From positions 48,196 through 112,195 of the forward strand of contig JACPEJ010000001.1 in the NCBI GenBank assembly GCA_016183565.1: a stretch of DNA of 64,000 nt, in the 5' to 3' direction. The position numbers and the translations under genes are program-made. The stretch's first letter is position 1, and the number at the start of each line of letters is the position of its first letter. The DNA comes from Candidatus Blackburnbacteria bacterium (GTDB lineage Bacteria; Patescibacteriota; Microgenomatia; UBA8517; UBA10165). The notes beneath the pieces are model-generated. The model had not been told where the DNA came from and ran no database searches. It saw only the letters and a program-made list of their open reading frames with translations. Positions 1 through 8,395 of this stretch are shown piece by piece.

Positions 1-31
1 TCCGAATAATCCCTTTTATTTTGTAAAAAGA

Positions 32-2263
32 ATGGAGGAAGTTGTAACTCTCACGTTTACATTCAACCCAGAGCAAAGAGAGGTTACTCGGTTACAGCTT
101 GCAGGAGAAAGACTGCATGAGATGGAAACGGTTGCCCAGGCAGGAAACATAGACACAGTTGAGTCTCTTGTGGAAAATTATCGTGACACAGCTTCCACAA
201 TTGCTGACAACTTAGAAAGTCTAGGAAACCAGGGTCGTGATGTTTCTAGTCTTTCCACGGAAGTTGATGAAGAATTTTCAAGACATAAACTAGTACTTGA
301 GGAGGTTGCTCTTATAGTTCCTCCTGAGGCTGAAGATGGTATACAAACTGCTTTGGCAGCAAGTGAGAGAGCAGTGGATACGGTTGCAGACGTTCGCGGT
401 CAGCTAGCTATGCCAGATGAAGTAGTACAAAGGCTTCAAGCTCTTAAGGCTGTTGGTATATTAAGTGAGGAGGAGGTAACAAAACTAGTAAGCGTTGGCT
501 CACGACAAGAGGCGCGAGAGGAGATGCGAAAGTATGTTAGAGAAAATCTTATTCCTGAATCTGACTTTTTGAAATTTGACCAAACTGCTGCACGTAGATT
601 TCCACAAGCTTTTTATACTAATCTTGAGATGAAGAAATTTGAGGAACTTAGAGCTTTGGAAACAGAAAAGCCAGATGATCAAACACTTGCTAGAGTACAG
701 GAGTTTGCTAGGGAGTATAAGCCTGGTGATATGGTTCCTCAGGATTTGCGGCGTTGGTGGGTTCCGATGGTCAGACTTGAGGAGCTTCAAAATACAATAA
801 GGCTAGACCTTATACCACAAGATCTTTTAAGAAATCGGCCTGAGGAATTCCAAAAATACCAAGAAATTGTCGAGCGAGTGAGACCAAGAAAAGAGGATGT
901 GGAGTATATAAATAGGATGATACAGCAAAATCCTAATCTTCTTAATGACCCTTCATATGCCCGTGTTAAGGCTCTGGCTGATAAATTCGGATCGATTGAG
1001 GGGCAACCCCCTAGTGGCAGGCCAGTACAAGACTGTGGTACAGGTTCTCACTGGGTTAATATTCCCTATATGCCTCAAGGAGGATATTGTGTACCAAATT
1101 ACGATTTTCCTGCACCAAGAGACAGTTCTGAGCAAGCGTGCCCTTCCGGTTACCACAGACCTTTTCCAGGAGCTGCTTGTTATTCAGATGATTCAAGTTC
1201 CGGTCGCAGAGGCATTGACACAGCCCCTGGAACCTGTCCGGCTGGATACAACTGGGTTACAGGATCAAGAGGAAGTAGTGGCTATTGTGCTCCTAAAACC
1301 ATAACAGATGGCGATGGCTTCCCCAGCCCAATTTATGTTGGCTATTGTTTGCCCGGTCAAACTTTTGTAGATGGAAAGTGCGAAACATATAATCCTCCAC
1401 CTAAAGAAGGGTGCGCTTCGGGTAGTCGGTGGAATGGTAGTCAGTGTATAGAGCAAAAAGACTGCGGCCCGGATGGCTATCAAGACCGAAGTGGAGAGTG
1501 CAAACAAATAACTTCAGGCACAGGGAGAATTTGTCCAGCGCCGGCTGAGGGGTGCGGACTGAATGCTGTTTGGGACTCGGTAAATTGTGGTTGTAGGTCA
1601 ACTTTTGATCCTCGGCTAGGCAGCCCACAATCCGGTGGAGGTCAATACCAAGGACCCAGCCGCGAGCAGCAAGAAGCTACTTGTCGAGCGGGTGGGGGTA
1701 CGTGTGTCAGTTGGGTTAATGGAGCTTGTGGCTGTGAACGTTCGGGGGGAGGTGGTTCCACTGGTTCCGTGGGTTCCAAGTGCGGAGATGGGTATGACTG
1801 GAATGGTAGCTATTGTTATCCAAGAGGAGGGAGCTCAGGAGGTAATTCCACAGGTTCTGGATCAAGTAGCTCTCAACAAGAAGCAGCCTGTAGGGCGGGA
1901 GGTGGTACATGTGTATCTTGGGTCAATGGAGCTTGTGGCTGTGAACGTTCATCGGGAGGTAGTAATTCTGGTGGAGGTAGCTATTCGGGTGGTTCGTCGT
2001 CTGGTGGGTCATATTCTGGAGGCGGTTCATACTCAGGTAGTGGTGGCAGTTACAGCGGAGGTAATTATTCAGGAGATGGTGGTACTTATACTCCTCCTCC
2101 GACTGGTTACAACCCGTCCCCGTCTGATTCTAGTTCTTCAGGGAGTTATACTCCTCCTCCATCTGAGCCACAACCGGCGCCAGCACCTGCGCCATCTACT
2201 GAATCAGCACCAGCTCCTGCACCTCTTGAGTCTGCTCCTCCGCCTTCAACTATAACTCAGTAG
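32..2263 (+). CDS. Cys-rich tandem-repeat protein: helical N-terminal region, two CRAGGGTCVSWVNGACGCERS modules, Gly/Ser-rich and Pro-rich C-terminus; likely extracellular
   Basis: 743-aa ORF; two ~80-nt repeats at 1666-1745 and 1876-1955; low-complexity SGG and PAPAP tail; no stop upstream, so it may start before the window. Confidence 0.55.
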   Translation: MEEVVTLTFTFNPEQREVTRLQLAGERLHEMETVAQAGNIDTVESLVENYRDTASTIADNLESLGNQGRDVSSLSTEVDEEFSRHKLVLEEVALIVPPEAEDGIQTALAASERAVDTVADVRGQLAMPDEVVQRLQALKAVGILSEEEVTKLVSVGSRQEAREEMRKYVRENLIPESDFLKFDQTAARRFPQAFYTNLEMKKFEELRALETEKPDDQTLARVQEFAREYKPGDMVPQDLRRWWVPMVRLEELQNTIRLDLIPQDLLRNRPEEFQKYQEIVERVRPRKEDVEYINRMIQQNPNLLNDPSYARVKALADKFGSIEGQPPSGRPVQDCGTGSHWVNIPYMPQGGYCVPNYDFPAPRDSSEQACPSGYHRPFPGAACYSDDSSSGRRGIDTAPGTCPAGYNWVTGSRGSSGYCAPKTITDGDGFPSPIYVGYCLPGQTFVDGKCETYNPPPKEGCASGSRWNGSQCIEQKDCGPDGYQDRSGECKQITSGTGRICPAPAEGCGLNAVWDSVNCGCRSTFDPRLGSPQSGGGQYQGPSREQQEATCRAGGGTCVSWVNGACGCERSGGGGSTGSVGSKCGDGYDWNGSYCYPRGGSSGGNSTGSGSSSSQQEAACRAGGGTCVSWVNGACGCERSSGGSNSGGGSYSGGSSSGGSYSGGGSYSGSGGSYSGGNYSGDGGTYTPPPTGYNPSPSDSSSSGSYTPPPSEPQPAPAPAPSTESAPAPAPLESAPPPSTITQ

Positions 2264-2278
2264 TGCAGTGCCTAAAAG

Positions 2279-3025
2279 TTAGCGAGGTAAGACTTGGTTA
2301 AAAATCCAAACTATTATTACACCGGATATTAAGAGTAAAGCTTGATACCAGTGATTGTTTCTTTTTTCCTCTTCTAATTCTGGCAAGAGATCGGAGGCGC
2401 CGATATAGAGAAACAGCCCGCCTGCTATAGCAAGTAAAACTCCTAAATTTTTCTCTGAAAAATTCTGAAAAAGAAAAACAAAGGCAACACCCAGGTAAGT
2501 AGCTAGGGCAGAAAAAATATTTACAGCCATTACTTTTAGCCTGCTCCACCCGGCTTTTATCATGAGGCTAAAATCTCCCATCTCATGGGGAATTTCATGA
2601 AGAAACGTTGCGACAGCAACAACTAAACCAAAAGCAGGATTGACTAAGTAGGAAGCAGCTATCGCAACACCATCCATAAAGTTGTGTATGGTGTCTCCTG
2701 CAACCACGAGAGGAAGAGAGGCTTTAAGTGAGCTTCCCCCGCTCTTTTCGTGGTGGTGTAGATGTAATAAGAACTGTTCAAAAAAGAATGCAGATATTAT
2801 TACAATCAGTACAACTTGCAAACCAAGCTCAACGCCTGTATGGTCAATAGCCTCTGGCAAGACATCTAAAAAAGAAACTCCAAGGAGGACTCCGGCTGCA
2901 AAAGGAATTGCGTGAGTAGAGATTGTCTTACCCAATGCTTTTTGAGACAGGATAATTAAACCTCCCAAAAGACCTGCAAGGCTTCCGAGGGTAGCAAGAC
3001 CAAACACAGGAAGAAGTGTTTCCAT
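2279..3025 (-). CDS. zupT: ZIP family divalent metal transporter
   Basis: HEIPHEMGDF and LHHH motifs; multi-TM 248-aa protein typical of ZupT/ZIP. Confidence 0.8.
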   Translation of the reverse strand: METLLPVFGLATLGSLAGLLGGLIILSQKALGKTISTHAIPFAAGVLLGVSFLDVLPEAIDHTGVELGLQVVLIVIISAFFFEQFLLHLHHHEKSGGSSLKASLPLVVAGDTIHNFMDGVAIAASYLVNPAFGLVVAVATFLHEIPHEMGDFSLMIKAGWSRLKVMAVNIFSALATYLGVAFVFLFQNFSEKNLGVLLAIAGGLFLYIGASDLLPELEEEKRNNHWYQALLLISGVIIVWIFNQVLPR

Positions 3026-3075
3026 CGTAGAACAATTACCGCATAATTACCGCGCTTTTGCCGCAAGGTATCAGA

Positions 3076-3384
3076 TTATCTTTTTTTAAAACCTACTCCG
3101 CCTTCAAGCTTCGCATAGACACCGAATCCGGCTAAAACTGCAGCCATGATAAGCCATTGAGTTGACGCAAGCCAGATGTCTGATCCTAGATACCCAAGTC
3201 CTGCTAGGATAACGGCGATTAATGCTCCAGAAATTAAAACCTGAGAGTAAACTCGCCACAAGATACCATTCGGAACCTTGCTTCGTGGGGTACCATTCTG
3301 CACCCCACTTCGCATTGGTTTGCCTAGAAGATTTGCTTTTTTCGAAGCCATTGTGTCACTTCCTTTGAATCCACTGTAACACAC
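3076..3384 (-). CDS. small two-TM membrane protein, hypothetical
   Basis: 102-aa ORF with two hydrophobic helices; the N-terminal coding region overlaps a repeated 25-nt motif, so the start and the gene itself are uncertain. Confidence 0.35.
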   Translation of the reverse strand: MCYSGFKGSDTMASKKANLLGKPMRSGVQNGTPRSKVPNGILWRVYSQVLISGALIAVILAGLGYLGSDIWLASTQWLIMAAVLAGFGVYAKLEGGVGFKKR

Positions 3385-3513
3385 TTTGACTCTTCAGAAC
3401 AAGAAACAGGGGCCTTTTTAACGAGGCTCCTGTTTCAGTTCTAGGGTACAAGTCTGCACCCTACTTGGCAAGGCACACTGCGCCTTGCTTGTTGTTCCAA
3501 ACCCAAACCCTAC

Positions 3514-3828
3514 TTACCTACCTCTATCTCGGCGTCCGAAATCTCTTCCGCCTTGAGGTCTTTCTTCTCTAGGCCGTGCAACGTTTACAACAATCTTTCG
3601 TCCGTCGATTTCTTGACCGTTTAAGGTATTAATAGCGTTTTGGGTTTCTTCCTCTGTTGACATTTCAACAAATCCAAATCCTCGGGATCTGCCGTTCATT
3701 CTATCTATAACTACTTCGGCAGACACGACACTTCCAGCCTTCGAAAATAAATCTAAAAGTTGTCTTGATTCAACTGTATAAGGAAGATTTCCTATAAATA
3801 ATCTTGATGCCACACTTCTCACCACCAA
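3514..3828 (-). CDS. RRM-type RNA-binding protein with RGG/RD-rich tail
   Basis: RNP1-like RGFGFVEM and RNP2-like LFIGNL motifs; C-terminal GGRDFGRRDRGR. Confidence 0.8.
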   Translation of the reverse strand: MVVRSVASRLFIGNLPYTVESRQLLDLFSKAGSVVSAEVVIDRMNGRSRGFGFVEMSTEEETQNAINTLNGQEIDGRKIVVNVARPREERPQGGRDFGRRDRGR

Positions 3829-3989
3829 TCTTAGTCACTTCACGCGTTGGAAAAGCTATCTTGGGGAGTTTCCTTACGAGGCCTTCTAATAGGGTACCAT
3901 TCGGCACCCTACTTAGTAAGGTACAGTACTGTACCTTACTCCGCAGCGAAAATAATCTGACACCTGTAGTATATCACATGTTTGTCAAG

Positions 3990-5498
3990 TTATCTATTCC
4001 TAACTACTATCCTCTTCTCTACCTTTATCTTGCCTATCATGGTTTCTTCAACAAGTTTTGTTCCTTCCTGCATTAGTTTTAGTTGTTTTTGTTGTTTTTC
4101 CAGATTGCCTCCTTCTTCAATTACTAAGAATCTAAATTTGTCACAACCAAGTGTAGGTGTTGAATAATGCTCACTTCCTGGCACATAAAGATATTTTAAT
4201 GAGGCAGGATAGTTGGAGTATTCACAGGGTACGTATTTATAAACCTTGCGGCCATACCACCAAAAAAGGTATTGATAAGGATAATCGTAGAAAGAAGGCA
4301 TATAGATATAAACGTTAAATCCATCATTTTCTGCGTTTTTGTAAACCCAATCGACAACAGAGATTTTACTGGCTAGAATTCCGGGATCATTTGAGGGATG
4401 AAGGTATTCTGTATACCTTTGTTTAAAAACAAGTAGCTGTGAAGCCATAACCAAAAAAAATATGGGTAGGCCGATTTTCCAAGGCTTGCTAAAAAGTATT
4501 AATAAGGTCGAGGTGAAAAGGAGGGGTGGCAAGTAGGGGTCGTGCCAATCTTGCCAACCTTTGTTTGCAGAGAAGAATAAATAAGAAACAGCAAAAAGGG
4601 CAAGAGTAAGGGAAACAAATTTTTTAGTAAAATCATCTTTCTTTTGCTTAAGCCAAATTAATAAAACTCCAAACAAAAAAATGCTCAAGACCAAGCTTTG
4701 TGGAATCAAAGAATCTCTGATAATTTCCAGGAATGCTTGGGTTACAGTACTAAAGTTGGTTCCAGAAAAAGTACCCAGGGCAGAACCTTGATCAAAATGC
4801 ACTAGAGTGAATACTTGTTTTGGGATTCCTGCTAAAAATAATATGGGAAAGAAAAAATTGGAAAGAATCAGAGTTTTCCATAATAATCGGCCATTTTTGA
4901 CTCCCCATAATCCAACAAGAAAATAAAAGACAAACATTGCTGCTGCACCTGCAACTTCGGTATTAAAAGCAAGTCCGATGGGGATGAAAGCCAAAAAGTA
5001 GCTTTTTTTGTTACCTTCCAGGAAGCTTATTAATAAGAGGATAAGAACCACAGAGAGAAAAACTAAAGGAAAGGGATTAAATGCCCAGCGGGAAGTGTCG
5101 TAAAAAAACCAGAATCCTTGTAGGGCAATTCCTACTAAAAGTCCGGCCTTGGGGGAAACCTTTTTTCCTATCTGCCAGATTAAAAGAGCGGTTGTAGCAA
5201 GACTTAATAAAATAACCATGAACAAAGCACCGAAGGGATGCCCTCCGAAGAGCTTGTAACCTACGGAGATAAAGTAGTACCAGCCGGGACCTGTGTAAAT
5301 TCCTGATATTCCTGTCATTGGGCCTTTAAAAAGGATTTGTCCCCTATCAAAGAGTTCTCTTGCGTGTACTGCATCGTCGCCTTGGTCGATTGTGAAGAAG
5401 AAGTTGTTGTTTTGGATGGGAATAATGCGAAGGATGTATGCAAAGATTAAGATTAAGATAAAAAGGAGCCAAAATAGTTTTTTGCTCATGGGTGTCAA
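3990..5498 (-). CDS. polytopic glycosyltransferase, ArnT/PMT-like (GT83/GT39 fold)
   Basis: 502 aa, ~12 TM helices; N-terminal DQGDDAVHARE loop typical of dolichyl/undecaprenyl-phosphate sugar transferases. Confidence 0.65.
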   Translation of the reverse strand: MTPMSKKLFWLLFILILIFAYILRIIPIQNNNFFFTIDQGDDAVHARELFDRGQILFKGPMTGISGIYTGPGWYYFISVGYKLFGGHPFGALFMVILLSLATTALLIWQIGKKVSPKAGLLVGIALQGFWFFYDTSRWAFNPFPLVFLSVVLILLLISFLEGNKKSYFLAFIPIGLAFNTEVAGAAAMFVFYFLVGLWGVKNGRLLWKTLILSNFFFPILFLAGIPKQVFTLVHFDQGSALGTFSGTNFSTVTQAFLEIIRDSLIPQSLVLSIFLFGVLLIWLKQKKDDFTKKFVSLTLALFAVSYLFFSANKGWQDWHDPYLPPLLFTSTLLILFSKPWKIGLPIFFLVMASQLLVFKQRYTEYLHPSNDPGILASKISVVDWVYKNAENDGFNVYIYMPSFYDYPYQYLFWWYGRKVYKYVPCEYSNYPASLKYLYVPGSEHYSTPTLGCDKFRFLVIEEGGNLEKQQKQLKLMQEGTKLVEETMIGKIKVEKRIVVRNR

Positions 5499-6382
5499 AA
5501 TAATTTTCGGATTACCCCGTTTATTAAGTTAGAGTTGGAAGGGATAATTGTTTCAATTTCGTATTTATTGCATATAGCTTGGGCAAATGCACTACAGGCT
5601 CTTGCACCGTGCATCCATTGGGGGTTGTCGTTCATCAAGGACTCAAGTTCGTTTAAGGTTACTTGAGAGAAAATTTCTTCGTTTCTTTTTGCAAAGTTGT
5701 TTGTTTGTATAATCGAGGGATGGTCCGAATCTTCAAAAAGCTTGTTTTTTGAAAGAGTATAAGAAGCAAGACTCATATAGGTCAATTCTCCGCCTGTGTA
5801 AAACGCAATTTTTACTTTTTCTTTTATCTCCGGTAATTTGGGAGTAACAAATTCTATAACACGGGACAGAGTGACACTTGAGTAGGTTTCGTTTATATTT
5901 GAAAATTCTGAGATTATACTTCCTACACCCAAGTCGATGTTGTAGTGGTTACTTGAATCACGGTTTACTATAACTAGTTCTGTAGATCCACCACCGATAT
6001 TGATTAACAGAATTGGTTCATTTGTTGGATATTTTCCTACAAGAGCTAGCTCTAGAAATTCACTTTCTTCCTCTGGGCTGATTAGCCTGAATTCAATGTC
6101 CCCTACTTTTTGTATTCCATCAACCAAGCTTTTAAGAACAATTGGAGAAAGTTTACGGAAAACAGCTGTTGCATAAACGCAAAATTTAACTTTAGGATGT
6201 TTACTTTTTAGTTTTCTTAAAAAGTTTAAAAGGTCGGTCTTGTTGATTTCGGATATGCCTTTTTCGCTAAACCCTTCTTTGAAGGGAATGCTTTTTGTGC
6301 AGGCCAGTTTTAGGTTTGGCTTGTTGTAGGTATAAGCTTTGACACTTGAGGAGCCGAGGTCAATAAGTAGTAACTCTTCCAT
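5495..6382 (-). CDS. Ppx/GppA-family phosphatase-like (ASKHA fold)
   Basis: N-terminal LLIDLGSSSVK and NIGGGSTELV motifs characteristic of Ppx/GppA; overlaps the upstream gene by 4 nt. Confidence 0.55.
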   Translation of the reverse strand: MEELLLIDLGSSSVKAYTYNKPNLKLACTKSIPFKEGFSEKGISEINKTDLLNFLRKLKSKHPKVKFCVYATAVFRKLSPIVLKSLVDGIQKVGDIEFRLISPEEESEFLELALVGKYPTNEPILLINIGGGSTELVIVNRDSSNHYNIDLGVGSIISEFSNINETYSSVTLSRVIEFVTPKLPEIKEKVKIAFYTGGELTYMSLASYTLSKNKLFEDSDHPSIIQTNNFAKRNEEIFSQVTLNELESLMNDNPQWMHGARACSAFAQAICNKYEIETIIPSNSNLINGVIRKLF

Positions 6383-6435
6383 TTTTTTCTATTGTAGCAA
6401 CTTGACAAGTAATACTGCGTATGTAAAACTGATTT

Positions 6436-6750
6436 ATTGCGAAAGAAACCCGAACTTATAGAGATAGAGCCACCTATCTAATTGGGGCAGTAGCAAGACG
6501 AAGAAGAAAACTAAAGGAGCTTGCAATTCTTCACAAGAGAGGTGGTTGCATATTTTGTGGTTACTCAAAATATAATGGTGCAACTAGATTTCCATCACAC
6601 AGATCCAACGCACAAGGAGTTTAATTTATCAGTTAGAGGACTCACGCGAAGTTGGGAAAAAATTAAAAAAGAAATCGAAAAGTGTATACTCGTGTGTTAA
6701 AATTGTCACAGAGAAATTCATGCCGGGATAGTGGAACACCCTACTTCGTT
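6436..6750 (+). pseudogene. degenerate HNH endonuclease gene remnant (frameshifts and stops)
   Basis: frame 1 gives ...RGGCIFCGYSKYNG...HRSN followed by stop; another frame gives ILVC(stop)NCHREIHAG; together these form a CxxC...N...CH..H HNH signature broken across frames. Confidence 0.45.
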
Positions 6751-6809
6751 TCTAAAAAGGACCAGACAAATCAGGGCTAAAATGATATAATATCTCTGCT
6801 CGTTTACAT

Positions 6810-7123
6810 TCCCCGGTAGCTCAGTGGTAGAGCGGAAAGCTGTGTTAGCAGCCTTTGAGGGAAACCTCGGAGTGAAAAGTGGGTGAATTCAGGGAACGTC
6901 CTGAGCTTGTCGAAGGATAACCCTGAGCCAAGGGATGTACCAGACGGTACATCCAAGGTGCAGAGACTAGATGATTACATCCAAAGTCGAGCTTGCCTCG
7001 ACATGAGCGCCCACCACCTAAAGCCAGCTCTTGGTCACGGTGAAGAGATAGTCCATGCCGAAGAATTATTAAATGATTCTGAAAGTAACTTTAAGGTCGT
7101 AGGTTCGAATCCTACCCGGGGAG
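6810..7123 (+). tRNA. tRNA-Asn(GUU) interrupted by a group I intron between anticodon positions 35 and 36
   Basis: 7-bp acceptor stem TCCCCGG/CCGGGGA, D-arm GCTC-AGTGGTA-GAGC, T-arm GTAGG-TTCGAAT-CCTAC; exon junction gives anticodon loop CUGUUAA; no encoded CCA. Confidence 0.75.
6844..7085 (+). ncRNA. group I self-splicing intron (242 nt) within the tRNA anticodon loop
   Basis: R element CAGAGACTA (6961-6969) and S element AGAGATAGTCC (7044-7054) forming P7; P1 hairpin GCUGU/guua/GCAGC with U·G at the 5' splice site; terminal G at 7085. Confidence 0.75.
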
Positions 7124-7130
7124 CAAGATA

Positions 7131-7162
7131 GGACGCTTAAGGCACAAAGCGTCCTTTTTTGT
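7131..7162 (+). terminator. rho-independent terminator after the tRNA
   Basis: GGACGCTT-aaggcacaa-AGCGTCC stem-loop followed by TTTTTTG. Confidence 0.6.
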
Positions 7163-7336
7163 TGAATTGTCGGGCAATTCTTGATGTTCGAATTTTCCAT
7201 TTTCAAAATTTCCCAAATTTATATCTGGTAAACATCATAAATCTCTTCATAAAAAGTAATTGAAAAATTGGCAATTATTTTGTATGCTAGTGTCATCAAT
7301 TGGTAAGTAGTGTACTTCCACCAAAGGCGGACAAGT

Positions 7337-7504
7337 ATGGAAAAACTCTTAAAACTCAGAGAAGCGGCAGAGATACTGAGCGTTCACCCCAACACCCTTC
7401 GGCTTTGGGATCGCAAGGGTATTTTGGTGGCGGTACGCATTGGGGAGAAGAAAATCAGACGCTATCGTCTTGAGGATATTAAGAGGTTTATCAAGAAAAA
7501 ATAA
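7337..7504 (+). CDS. small HTH DNA-binding protein (MerR/excisionase-like)
   Basis: LREAAEILSVHPNTLRLWDRKGIL helix-turn-helix; AAGGCGG RBS-like motif 6 nt upstream of the ATG at 7337. Confidence 0.6.
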   Translation: MEKLLKLREAAEILSVHPNTLRLWDRKGILVAVRIGEKKIRRYRLEDIKRFIKKK

Positions 7505-7505
7505 T

Positions 7506-8336
7506 ATGACCAAAAAACAACAAAAAATTCAAGTTAAAGGTATCGAAATCGTAACCTTTAAAAAGAATGAAAACGACTATATTTCCCTAACTGATATTGC
7601 TCGGTATAAGGACAAAGATCGGAGTGATTACATTTTACAAAACTGGATGAGAACTAGGAGTGCGATTGAATATCTCGGTTTATGGGAAAAACTTTATAAC
7701 CCTAATTTTAATTCCATCGAATTCGATGGGTTTAGAAAACAGTCTGGTTTGAACAGTTTTGTGCTTACTCCTAAGAAATGGATTACTCAAACCAACGCCA
7801 TTGGGATCGTCTCAAAGGCAGGAAGATACGGAGGCACCTATGCTCACTTAGATATTGCTTATGAGTTCGCTTCGTGGATTAGTGCTGAATTTAAACTGTT
7901 TCTAATCAAGGAGTTTCAAAGACTCAAGCAGGAAGAAAACTTGCGACTAGAGCAGGGCTGGGATATCAAGCGTATGCTGGCTAAGATCAATTACAAAATT
8001 CACACTGATGCAGTTAAAGCTCACTTAATTCCTGCCAATATTTCAAAGAACAGGATTAACATGGTTTATGCCAATGAAGCAGATGTACTTAACGTAGCTT
8101 TATTTGGCAAGACGGCTAAGGATTGGCGTGATGAGAATAAGAGTAAGGATGGCAACATCCGCGATTACGCTGATGTTACCCAACTAGTCGTGCTAGCCAA
8201 CCTGGAAGGTATTAATGCAGAGCTGATCCGTCAGGGACTATCTCAACCGGATCGTTTATTACAACTTAATCAAATTGCCATATCCCAGATGCAATCTTTG
8301 CTGGGAAGTAGCAGTGTGAAGAAGTTGAAAGCCTAA
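7506..8336 (+). CDS. KilA-N domain protein
   Basis: N-terminal IEIVTFKKNENDYISLTDIARYK... matches the KilA-N DNA-binding domain; typical of phage/mobile regions. Confidence 0.65.
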   Translation: MTKKQQKIQVKGIEIVTFKKNENDYISLTDIARYKDKDRSDYILQNWMRTRSAIEYLGLWEKLYNPNFNSIEFDGFRKQSGLNSFVLTPKKWITQTNAIGIVSKAGRYGGTYAHLDIAYEFASWISAEFKLFLIKEFQRLKQEENLRLEQGWDIKRMLAKINYKIHTDAVKAHLIPANISKNRINMVYANEADVLNVALFGKTAKDWRDENKSKDGNIRDYADVTQLVVLANLEGINAELIRQGLSQPDRLLQLNQIAISQMQSLLGSSSVKKLKA

Positions 8337-8395
8337 AATTCAACTGTCCGGAAAAATGTCCGGAAAAACCGGATGGTTCAAAAATAAGAATATAA

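Noticed and set aside
1635-2255. 206-aa plus-strand ORF in an alternate frame of gene 32..2263
   Set aside because: Alternate-frame artefact of the Gly/Ser/Pro-rich repetitive region; the long frame with Cys repeats is the coherent one.
3804-4076. 90-aa plus-strand ORF between the RRM gene and the glycosyltransferase
   Set aside because: It overlaps the repeated 25-nt motif plus hairpin region and the 5' end of the minus-strand glycosyltransferase gene; no RBS and no conservation signal.
6810-7123. tmRNA (ssrA) as an explanation for tRNA-like ends separated by ~240 nt
   Set aside because: A complete canonical D-arm and anticodon stem are present, which tmRNA lacks. The insert carries group I R/S consensus elements rather than a tag-peptide reading frame and pseudoknots.
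6883-7131. 82-aa plus-strand ORF overlapping the tRNA region
   Set aside because: It lies entirely within the group I intron and 3' exon of the tRNA-Asn gene; it has no RBS and group I R/S elements fall inside it.
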